Assembly: GCF_022045235.1 (NCBI RefSeq)
Contig: NW_027266275.1
Coordinates: 37,076,001-37,140,000 of the forward strand
DNA from: Haliotis cracherodii
Lineage: Eukaryota
Direction of reading: 5' to 3'
Length of the DNA stretch: 64,000 nt
Each line of letters starts with the position of its first letter. Positions within the stretch are counted from its first letter, which is position 1. Of the stretch, positions 51,310 to 62,563 are shown one piece after another. The notes beneath the pieces were generated by a model that saw nothing but the letters and a program-made list of their open reading frames with translations, was not told the DNA's origin and ran no database searches. Made by a program: the position numbers and the translations under genes.

Positions 51310-52115
51310 TTCAAGTTCAAGTTCATTTATTCTCAAAAACCACGTTTGGTGGTACAAGAGCATATACAGTATACAAAGACAAATGAAAAATTAATTAATA
51401 CACAATGATGAAATGCAGAATTAATAAATACAAGATATTATACAAGATTGCTGGAGTTAAGATTCTACTGTTCTTGTAAGAGATAATACCTTCGAGAGGT
51501 ATTTTGATAGATTAATAATTTCTTTGGCGCCTTTGGTTGTAAATAATTTAACAAAGTTTGGTATACTTGGATATTTTGTTATGAGAGATGGTAAGTACAT
51601 TTTTCTTGCTCCACAGAGAGTTTTACAGTAAAATATGTAATGGAATTCATCAGCAATAGAATTTGTTTTACAAAGATTGCAAGTTCTCTCACATCGTGGT
51701 AGGTTCTCCCAGCGGCCAGTTTCTATCGGTAGATTATGATTAGATGTAATAAATCTTAGTAAAGGAATATAGAATCGCTTTGGAAAAGATAGATATGCAT
51801 CAAATAATGGATACGTCTTGAGATATTTATAATAAAGTCCTTTTGAGCTCGAGGCAAGATCATTTCTCCACTTTTGGATAAATTGATCTTTAAGTATTTG
51901 TTCCACCTGTGATGCTAGCCATTGGGTAGTACATGAGCTCGGGCTATTGAATACATACGTCAAACCAGTTCCATCTAAAATGTCTTTAACCTTTAACAAC
52001 CAGGGTTTTTCTAGTTTTTCATTTTTCAAGGTCAAGTAAATATAAACAAGGTTTGAAAGTTTATTTACACCGTTATGGTAGATTAATTTATGCCAGAAGG
52101 AAATGGACTTGATTT
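51310..52115 (-). mobile_element. 5'-truncated non-LTR retrotransposon (RTE-X-like) 3' end; open frame from ~52110 to stop at 51457
   Basis: LPIETGRW-x5-C-x3-CNLC...DEFHYIFYC C-terminal zinc motif; 3' end AATAAA followed by (TGAACT)n tail at 51310-51331 on the minus strand. Confidence 0.85.
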
Positions 52116-52150
52116 GACATCATTATGGAGATGATGCAGTAGCATCCATA

Positions 52151-52355
52151 TACATATATATGCTCTCTGCCTCATAGCATCCATTCACCTGGTGAAGGCG
52201 TAAGTATATACTCCGAAACGTTGTGTTCCTCATAATAAAGAAGTTGACATCCACAAATTATCTTCCTTTTACTCTTTACATCACCTGCTTGATAACGGCG
52301 TTAGGACCTACACCGAAACGTCGCTCATAAACGTAATAAAAAAGTTGTTCATCCT
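52151..52355 (+). mobile_element. Penelope-like terminal remnants with two degenerate minimal hammerhead motifs
   Basis: CACCTGGTGAAGGCGTA...TACTCCGAAACGTTGTG (52186-52225) and GCTTGATAACGGCGTTAGG-A-CCTACACCGAAACGTCGC (52287-52324), each followed by AATAAA-x-AAGTTG. Confidence 0.6.
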
Positions 52356-54844
52356 TATATTTTATCCATTCTGAACATAAGAAATAAAACACCCCTGTTG
52401 TGATGGAGGTATGCAGCTGAAATATAAATCAGTTGCTTCAAATATTAAAAAAAACTTTATTAATGCCAAAAGGTTAGTGCCAAACACATAATTGCACATT
52501 ACTATATTATGACCAAATCACCTGTGGCGGAAGTATATGTACGCTTACAAAATGTATTTGACCTCCGACCTGTCGTAATGTTAATACACGTGTCCTACAC
52601 GACGCGAAGCTATACTCGCAGTAATTCGGCTCTCATTTAATGTTCCAATAATCATAACACGCGTGACATACAAAGTTATGGAATAATACATTTATTAAAC
52701 AATCTTGAAGTATTAAACGTCTTCTCCTAGGTTGCGATGGTAACAAGCTGAGGAATGTTGTGAGGCACGTGTCGTGGTGAGAAACGTGAGGTGCCACGTG
52801 GCGGGAGTTATTGGGTGGGGTGGGGAAGGTGCCATCTGTCGCCCCTTTGCACGCGCCACGCGTTCGGGCGTTGTGGGGACACAATCACTTTCAACAGAGT
52901 TCAGGGTCTTCGGGTGGATAAACTGTCTTGGAGATCACACCTTTGAAATTTAACGGTCATCGAATTTATTGCTTGAATGAACTGTTTCTTTAAAAAAAAT
53001 CACATGTCATGATCTTGGAATGTGCCATGTAAATCATGTCAGTGTTTTAATACGACATGTAATACCGGGTAGATTGCATTTGAACAAAGGGGTTTATCGT
53101 AGAGGTACCAAATTGGCAGCATCAACGTCCGACTGTATCATCCAAACGAACGAGCACGATAGCGTCTAAAACATGAGCTTATATTGTTGTTCGCGTGATT
53201 TACGTCACCGTGACGCGTATACGTCAGTGTCACTCATGACGTTACGGCGATACAGTTACAGAATGGTAAATCTAGCGTTGTAATGTAGTGACTGCTGTGT
53301 TGGAAGCATCTCAAGCAGAGCGCAGTCCATTGACAGAACCAGTAGGGGTCACCCGTCGCTGTCCTCCTCGCTCGGTTACGTCACGCGTGACAAAGGGGAG
53401 GTGGAGAGGGTCACTCGAAGACAAGGGGGACGCGTGACGGGTCGTGACCCTCACGTAACGCGGTCACGGGGAGGGGCGAAGATGAGATGCTTTCACTCCG
53501 TTATTGGTGTTAGAATTGACCGTTGTCCAAATAGTGAGATGAGAGTGGACATGGCTACTTCACGCAGATTAACGTGTATAGGAATGAAGAACTGAAGTTA
53601 AACCGTCCAGGTTAGATGAGCGGGGCTTTTGTTCTGCGCATGACACGATCACCCGCGGGGCACGCGCGTACAGGTGTGCGTGTCACGTGACTTGCAATTC
53701 CAAGACACTTCCTGAAATAAATTTTCAAAATATTTTGGTTACGTGAAAGTGTCAATCACACAGTGTACATAATTAGATTGAGCGATGAAGAATGGGATGA
53801 CAATGATGGGGAGTAGGGGTGCCAGTGGTTGAAGTGCCATCGCTGGAATGAAGTATATGGGGAGCGGGTGGTGACACGGCATGCACCCCCTGACATCCAC
53901 ATCTTGGGGGTAGGGGAGGGTCATTCCCGGCTCTCTGGAAAATAGACCATTATATCGGTTGCATTTTCGTGAATATGTAACACGTTGATTTCTCACTACG
54001 GGGTCCGTGGAGTGTTTTGGTGACATTTCGTTAGGTGTGAAAAAACTAATTGAAATCACGTATGGCACCTTTTTGCGAATAGTATTGAATAACGAAACTG
54101 ACAGACTTTGCATGGTGCAGATGCTACGTAAATGTTGATAGGGAAACACCTACAATGTTATGATACACAAACTTATTACTTATAAACTGTTTGTGTAAAT
54201 AGTATGACATAGCACAGTACTTCTTTCAAATTTGAGTATTTTTTTAAGGACATCTACAAATGGGAATTGTTTTCTTCAAATGAAAATGACTCCATCGTTA
54301 GCTACCCCCAGCAATGCAAAACGCATTGTTTACAATGAGGTAAAGTTTTATGTTGTCGATACACATATTGAACAAACGAAATTAGGGACTATTTTAGGGG
54401 ATATATTTTTTTTTTGTAGTGAAGCACACAATTTTCATTAAAAAACCCCCGAAAATATTAACTTTTGTGTTCGGTATATAATGATAATAGGTGAACGATA
54501 AGATGTTGGTTGTGAAAGAACAAGGACAAAGTTATAAACTTATATTTAATAGCATTCCGTTAATAAAATCAGAAATGCAACACGTATGTCATTTCGGGTT
54601 TTCTCAAAACTGTTACGTTAACCCTTGAGGAGGTAAAACTCATCGCTCTAGGGCCGTCTAAATTTTGACTTTTATAATAATATAATTGTCGGCTCAAGTA
54701 AAATGGATCTGTGTAAAGACACTACTTCAACACAATTTGTTTCCCTGAAATTAAAAACCGATCTGTTTTTTATGCAGCTTGCAAGATATACCAGCCATGA
54801 CAAATTCACCACATGTATATAGTCTTATGAAAAAATAGCGTGTT

Positions 54845-54868
54845 CTTTAACTTCTTTTGAGTAGTGTA
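54845..54868 (-). mobile_element. Tc1/mariner terminal inverted repeat, same family as 37457 MITE
   Basis: Reverse complement TACACTACTCAAAAGAAGTT versus TACACCACTCAAAAGAAGTT at 37457. Confidence 0.55.
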
Positions 54869-55283
54869 TTATCTTGTTTTATATTTATGTATTTTGTTTG
54901 TGGTGTCAAGTCTGAGCATTTCTCTAGTAATTTACTGGAATCAATTATGATTATGATTATGATTATGATTATGATGATTAAAATCCAATGCCAATTGTAA
55001 CGAACCCATAGTCATTGCTCCATGGCGTCAGTTCACTCGCAAGCAGGGGAGATAAACAGAGTTGTTTGTCATACATCCTGTATGTATCGTGACATGTACA
55101 GGTTGAATTCGAAGTTGGATCGTTTTATTGAAGTTGATTGTCATGTCGAGAACACGACGATAATTACAGCAACGGATTCTCGCACAGAGTCCGAATCTCA
55201 CCTCTTGTCCAGACTCCCTGAAATGAGGACGCGTTGTCCTTTATGCGTGCGTGAGTCCTTTTGTCATCAGATGGAATAGCGCA

Positions 55284-55447
55284 TTCGCCATAATTATGTT
55301 TCTTGATTTGCCAGCACAATATCCGTGCTCGTGGGTTTCACGAAATGGTAAACGTCTGAGACCTGCATCACTTCTGGATTTCGGCCCAAACTAAACTGAC
55401 ATGGCGTGATACAGCTGAAACACTGTTCAAACTTAAACCAAACTCAC
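55284..55447 (+). mobile_element. SINE family A, 3' portion
   Basis: CCGTGCTCGTGGGTTTCAC...TGGTAAACGTCTGAGACCTGCATCACTTC. Confidence 0.75.
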
Positions 55448-55863
55448 AGTCTACAGCTGACTTGAACACGTGTTCGTTCAGGGAGACGCGGAGCGGTCTA
55501 TAAAGTGAATAATATGTTTCTATTATATCTTTAGTAATGAGTTACTGTAACGTAATAATCAAAACTATAAATTTTATGTTTCACTTGTAGGAAGTAACGT
55601 TGTTTAGGGGAGTGAAATAACGAGTAGCTGGAAGTATATCTAGTCTGCCGGAAAGACACGGAAGGTTTTGAGACCTAGATCGGTAAAACAAATACTTAAT
55701 GAATACCAAATTTGTCAGGTTAGTAGATATAAAATAGATTAGCCGAGTATCCTAGAGGTATTTGATGGGATAGTTTTTAAGGCACCGTTAAATGGATTAA
55801 CACCTTATCAGGCTAATAACATCTTTCAACAGTCTATCCAAGTAATATCACGGCGGGGACACG

Positions 55864-56288
55864 AGCGGAAGGTCCGGAGTTCGATTTCCGGGAGCGTCAT
55901 ATCAAAAGACGTTAAAAGATAGTACTTGTTTTACCCTGTCTGGCGCTCGGCATTAGCGGGTTAAAACAAAAATTAGTCGGCTCGGAGTCAGTATACTGTA
56001 TTTGAGATGGGTATTTATGTTAAACTGTGGCATGGTATCTCAGTGGGCTAGCACTATAAAATCGGCATTAGTCCGGACNNNNNNNNNNNNNNNNNNNNNN
56101 NNNNNNNNNNNNNNNNNNNNNNNNNNNNNNNNNNNNNNNNNNNNNNNNNNNNNNNNNNNNNNNNNNNNNNNNNNNNNNNNNNNNNNNNNNNNNNNNNNNN
56201 NNNNNNNNNNNNNNNNNNNNNNNNNNNNNNNNNNNNNNNNNNNNNNNNNNNNNNNNNNNNNNNNNNNNNNNNNNNNNNNNTCACCTCA
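55864..56288 (+). mobile_element. SINE family D spanning the assembly gap
   Basis: GAGCGGAAGGTCCGG...GCACTATAAAATCGGCATTAGTCCGGAC before the gap and TCACCTCA tail after it. Confidence 0.8.
56079..56280. other. Assembly gap (N run)
   Basis: Run of n characters. Confidence 1.
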
Positions 56289-57451
56289 GAACAGGGAATC
56301 CCCACAAATTTCACCCATCCAGTCCTAGAATTGTCATGGAGATACCAGTACCGCTACAATGATTTATACCCCCTCCCTTCCCAAACCACCCCCATCCCGC
56401 TGCAACCCTACCCCTCGAACCCATGATTCCGAGACCCGTATTTCATAAAACATATTAATATTTATACATGTACAAAAGAAAATAGTCACGAATAAGAACC
56501 CTGATTTCTTTTCAGCCCAAGTATGGTTTGACATCCAATCTATCGAATTCGGAACATAAAATTGAAATAACGTCTTTAATCCTCTTGCAAACAGGCATAC
56601 AAAATAAGAGGAAATCTCGCCTTCTGCGGACTAGCATTTTTATTTCGGCAACACAAAAGCCACCGACACCCCATTCCTTTTACAATATGTGTATTGTTAC
56701 ATCCGGGGAACAGTGGTGTTTTACAGGTGTTGGGTAATTAAGATGGTTATTGTGTTCTTGTGGCTGCATGGGTTTGTCTTGTGAAACCCATACCACGAAG
56801 CCGATTCAATTACCGTAGAATTCGTCAAGAACTTCCACGTCTCTCTCCGAGATACGATTGTACGGGTCCAACTTTTGTAGGCAAGCCTCAATCATAATTC
56901 ATAAATCACTAGCGATGTTTACCGTGATATTTGGGCAATTACTCTGCTAATGGGGTGTGTCCGTTACCGGCATATGTGTGTTTGAAGTTGGAGGGACGAC
57001 CCGATGTAAGCCGATCTCTCAATCATAGCACCCGAGTCGCTCGGACAATGCAATCTGACAAGCAGCGAAGGCAGACAAACGCCGCTTTTTTAATAGACCT
57101 AAAGCGAGGGTCTAAATATGAGCAGCTTTAGAAAATGTGATGCTAGATAATCTCTTGAGAGAACCTTTGTAGTGTTTGGTATACCTCGCTTGAATTGTTT
57201 CTTTTCTCGACCCCCTCTCTCGAATCCTGTCAAACCCTTCAAATCGGACGAGATAGGAATGACACCCGACACACGTATAAAGGCGTTATTCTCTTAAGTT
57301 GATTCGACATGCCCATGTCTGTTTGAGAGGATGTAGTCAAGCATGATGGGTATTTCTGTATAGGTAGTGCATGTGGATAAAAACGGGCACCTGCTCAATG
57401 GAGGCGCATGTATACAGTAGGCGGACTTAGACTCCTGATCAGTGTACATGT

Positions 57452-57572
57452 GTGAGTGGTTTGACGCCGCTTTTAGCAATACTCAAGCCATATCACAAGG
57501 CTAAAGTATCCATTGGGTTTCGAACCGGGTTTTCGGCGTGACGAGAAAACACTTTAACCACTACGCTAACGC
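57452..57572 (-). mobile_element. SINE family C, internally deleted
   Basis: ACGCCGCTTTTAGCAATA...TTCGGCGTGACGAG...TTTAACCACTA. Confidence 0.7.
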
Positions 57573-58003
57573 ACACATCTTTCATAGGCATAATCCTTCG
57601 TTTAGATTATGTACATTTTGTCAAAATAGTTAAAAATAATCGAGATCATAAAAGAAAACACGATATACACGTAACCTACGCTATTGTTGGCATAATGTAG
57701 ACATCATTGTCTACCTCACGAGGAATTCCTTGGCGTCATTTGTAATGACGTCACAATATATGACGTCATCCCGTTATTCATATCATGGTGACTGTAACTT
57801 CCCCAAGTCCTGTCAATATAGACGACACTGTATCTTTACTACCGCTCATTGTAAGACTTGTAAAGTAAGAGATTATTGTGGTCGTGTTTGTTATTTTCAG
57901 TTGGCCTCGCTCGTGTCAAAATTCATGTATTTTATCCCCCTTGAACAGAAAATAGAAATTCTCATAACATAAAACGTCTATGACACACATTCACAAACTC
58001 TTT

Positions 58004-58256
58004 AGATCCGGGGTAGAATAGGTCTTCAGCAATCCATGCTTGCCGTAAAAGGCGACTATGCTTGCCGTAAAAGGCGACTAACGGGATCGGGTAGTCAGGC
58101 TCGCTGACTTAGTTGATACATGTCAACGTATCCCAATTGCGTGGATTGATGCTCACGATATTAATCACTGGATTGTCTGGTCCAGACTCGATTATTTACA
58201 GACCGCCGTCATACAGCTGGAATATTGTTGAGTGCGGCGTTAAACAAAAAACAAAC
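58004..58256 (+). mobile_element. SINE family B lacking the first ~7 nt
   Basis: AGATCCGGGGTAGAATAGGTCTTCAGC...(TGCTTGCCGTAAAAGGCGACTA)x2...GCGGCGTTAAAC. Confidence 0.9.
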
Positions 58257-58417
58257 ATAAACGATTTTATACTTTATTTTGATTTTATTTAAAAACATTC
58301 AGTAGAGGTTAAAGACGATAAGACTGAATTACACATACTTAGAAACAGTGACAATATTATCTACACTGAAGTTGCAGTCGTCTACAGTGGCACTACGGTC
58401 AGGCAGATTGGCAGTCC

Positions 58418-58792
58418 CTCATGTGTACGATGATTTGCGTGAAAGTTTATACGAAAAGGTGAGTTTTAGCTATCCCAACTTTCTAGAGTTATGCAATAAG
58501 GATAAACTTATTGTACTTTTTAAATATTATGTATATTTTACAGCCAAAACCTGCTTTTTAATTCTCCAACGAAGAAAAGATATTTTATATGGCTAGTTAC
58601 GGGTAGTTTATTTTCATACCCCTTTTACACCAATATGTTTAACATGTACATAATGTGATACTTTTTAAGTCTCTCGTAACCCTTAACGGGTGGCTCACTT
58701 TTATGTCCTTTTATATGTATTTATGTAATTATTTCTGCGAGGTGAGACTCAAATAAACAATCTGTCTTTCTGTCTGTCTGTCTGTCTGTCTG
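58418..58792 (+). mobile_element. 5'-truncated LINE 3' end (RTE-X-like ORF tail, 3' UTR, AATAAA and (TCTG)n)
   Basis: YDDLRESL...F...DKL..LF...TAK.C..IL.RR..ILY* resembles LINE ORF2 C-termini; AATAAA at 58752 then TCTG repeats. Confidence 0.6.
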
Positions 58793-61700
58793 CTTAGTTC
58801 GTCGTTCGGAAAACACGACCTATCTCCTAATAATGTATGTGTATCTAGCAGTTAATTCTGACCTTTCATAACACAAAAAAACAATGTGTTTTTCAGAAAT
58901 AGCAGTAATTACAATGCCTTGACCCTGGAAATAGGTACCAGACAGCGGTGCATAGTCCATGTTTAATCAAATATTGAATTTGTTACAAATCTGGGTAAAT
59001 TGCCCACAGGTGTATGTAGGTAACGGAAATACGTACTTGATGTTTGCAAGGAAGTATATTAACTTATTGTGTGAGGTGTTTGTATACACTCTCGCCCGGA
59101 GTCAATATCCCAGCCCGCGGCGCGTAGGAAGATTACAAGGGATTCTAATGTTGTGTATAATTAAATATAAAAACCGATTAGGCAAAAAGTAAGAGGTCAT
59201 TTTCTAGATAAACAGACACGAACGATACAGATAATCACAGCTACTCGCGCATCAAAGCACCGAGGTACCTCCCACTCGAAGAGGAGAAAACGAGGGGTTT
59301 CTAGTTGATCATCTCCCCATTCTTTATCCTCATCCCGATCTCCAGGAGGAGTGTATACCCCAACACCTTCCCAGCCACGCCCTGTAATCTACACACAGTA
59401 ATCACAGGACAAACGAAGCACGGGCAATGGCCAGTGGTCATTTCTCGAGAGCCCTTTAATTCAAAACCCAAACATCTCGATAATATCACTTACAACACTT
59501 CGCCGTCACTTGAATAGCTGATTAAAGTCGATTACGTCATCGGCATTGTCCCAGCACGTGGCAAATGCAGGTACTTGGCCGACGGAGGTTGTGAAGGCTT
59601 CCGTTTCAATGAAATATTCCTAAGCCGTTTCCAGCGTACCTCTTGTGAGCCCAATCTAGACCCCCATGTCATATGGCCCTCGAAATATATCCCTGGGCCA
59701 GGTAGCTCTCATGTATAGGGGAATTACATACATGGATGACGACTTTGATTTGTATTATGTCCTTCAGTGTAACGCTGAGGGAGATGACAATTATATCATT
59801 GTATTTATGAATGAGTGTGTATTTGTTCGTTAGGCGACACATGTGCGACTCTCAAAATCAATGACTTCCAAATCTCGGATGTTGATCGCAGAAATTATGT
59901 CTTTGTTCGGATAAGATTAGCCAAACACAGTCACGTCGTGCACATGTCACGTTGTCGTGTCACGCGCTGGCTTTTAGCGGATATGATACATTACATTACA
60001 CTTGCATTGATGTGTCAAGGGGCATAATAGATACTTATATTTAGATAATCTGAATGTCACAGATCACCACAAGAATAGGATTATAGAAAATTCAATGGAG
60101 TTATCGCCCTTTCCCTTTCTTGCCGAGCGGACCACCATTATCTGCTGTAGTTTGATAGATAGGGAAAAGTTGAGGACAATTTCTTTTTAGAATAATAACT
60201 ATTTAGCCTCAATAATAAAAATCCGACATGGAATAATTATTGGCACACCTTTCGCACAAATTCTCAAAAGTACCTTACCTTTTCTATGATCCTGCGAGCT
60301 AAAGGCTTTTTTTTGTCAAACTATACTGCCATCATAAAATTGATCAATGTAATATTACATTACATACACGATATGAATGCCACTTCCATGCCTGAGAAAG
60401 TACTGGAAAAATAATTTGGTTTACAAAGAAATGTCCTCAACCAAATGTGTTGTGGTTCCTGGAAGACATCTTTGGTTCCTTCTCCAAGAGAAAATGGTAA
60501 TATGTCCTGAAGCAGTGTCAGACAAACAAACATCTTCAAAATACCTCCCTCACTCTTTGTTAATGAAATCAGTTTTACATTAATTTCATGTAAATGAAAT
60601 CCACAGTGTGTTAAAATCACATCAGGATGTCAGGTAACGTATGTACGTGTCAGTTTCCTTACCAATATTACCTTATTTTACCGGTATCGTAATTACAATT
60701 GTACTGTGACATCGATTTTTTCAGTTTAGATTGACTTAATTCCTTTTGTCTTCAAACCTAATAATTTAATCATTTGTGACAAGCATCAAATTTTCATTCA
60801 TTTCAATACCAGAAAGATCAACCTCGAAGCACAAATGGGCACAAACAGCAGGTATTCGATTCAGAAAATACGTTATTTCTGGAAGGTTTAAATAAATAAT
60901 AGCTTTATCTGTTCATTGCAGCAACTCAACCATAATGTTTTATTGGCCCTTTATTTCGCTTCGTATGATATCTTGATATCTGCCAGTTACATTAAGCTCA
61001 ATACGGCAGAAACAGATAACGAGGCCCAGTATGTCTATTAAATGTGGCTCCATTGTCTTAAAGTCGTCAGACAAACATTATCCCTCAGTGGACACCAATC
61101 TAAAAAGTGATCTTTCTAATTCGCTTTACTGCACTAGTTCATTCTTTATGTTCCTGTTCTTTTCTCGAACCAGATAATACAACCTGTTCGACCCAGTAGC
61201 CTAACCAGCCATTATCCTATTGAACATGTCCGTTGTTACATATGAACAGCAACTTAAGCACGGCCTACAGACTATATAATTAGTACCGCACGTCAAAGAA
61301 TTCCATTTGCGATCAGTGCACCAGACACAACGAAGAACTCTTTTGTAACATAGTGTAACAAAGTTGCCTTGATTACAAAGCAAGGACAATCTTACAACGC
61401 AAGCTAATATTCGACGGAGACATATTGGTTATCAGATCAGGCCATCTTCATGCTTGAAGTCGGATTGCTCACGGAGTGCTGGTCTTCGCTGGCGTAGTCA
61501 AAGGTGGCGGGTAGGAAAAGGTTTGAGAACATTGCAGAGTGTTAATTAACGGGCCATTAAATTTACTAATTGCACAATCTCACGAACATTATAGCTATCT
61601 TATCGAAAGCTGCACAAAGGAAATATTTTAATTGGCTATTTTATTCAATAAACTCAATTATTGTTTTGTGATTAGTCACGACCAGGTTATAGGACTTTGT

Positions 61701-62402
61701 AGTATGATCAAGATACGATTTGCCTGTGAAGTGAAAGCATATTTTAAAGTGTTGCGAGTACAGTGTGTACAAACCTCGCCGGTATTGGATGACGAAGTAG
61801 AGGTGAATGAGTGGAAGTTTTGCGAGAATGTTAATTAGATAAATAAATACAATGTAGAAGTGTTAAATACAGCTAGATGAAAAACATCGTAAATAATTGA
61901 TAGAAATCGTTTTTTTCAGGAAGTCATTTTGATGATAGTGTAAATGATGATTAGATTTGTTTGTTTTGTTATGTATTTGGGTGCGTCATATAAGATTTCC
62001 CCACATGTAAGCTTGTTTTTGATTATTATGAATTTATTATGATGGTAATAATAGGGTGTAGAGAAAAATAGGATGACATTGCTAATGCATAGAAACCTAA
62101 CTTCTATTTGATTGTCAAGTGATATTATGCAAGCGTTGTGTAAATGTGATTTTCTTAATATTAGGTCAGGTAGAATTCTCGTGTTTGCCGATGCTGTTCA
62201 ACCCTAACAATCGGCCCAACTGTTAATAGTATAAATATTATGCATTCTTATTTCGTTTCCGATTTCTTAAGATATAGAAGTTCGTCTCATTTCGATGTTG
62301 CATTTTTTTAAACCCACATTTAAAAAGTTCGTAATGAATGGTAAATGTGGTATTAGGCACTGAGGATTATATGTATTTTTAAAGAATTAATTTACAAAAG
62401 GG

Positions 62403-62563
62403 CGAGTGGGTATAGATTTACGCCGCTTTTGAAATGTTCCACCAATACTACGGCGGGGGACAGCCGAAATTGGGTTCACACGTCATACCCATGTGGGGAA
62501 TTGAACCCCGGTCTTCGGCGTGATGAGCGAACACCTTAACCACTGGGCTACCCAACCAACCCG
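62403..62563 (-). mobile_element. SINE family C
   Basis: TTTACGCCGCTTTT...CGGCGGGGGACA...GGTCTTCGGCGTGATGAGCGAAC...AACCACTGGGCTACCC. Confidence 0.8.

Noticed and set aside
60226-60610. Possible Tc1 left end and HTH remnant
   Set aside because: Only a TIR-like AATAATTATTGGCACACC and a faint GRPRKT-like relic; too decayed to support.
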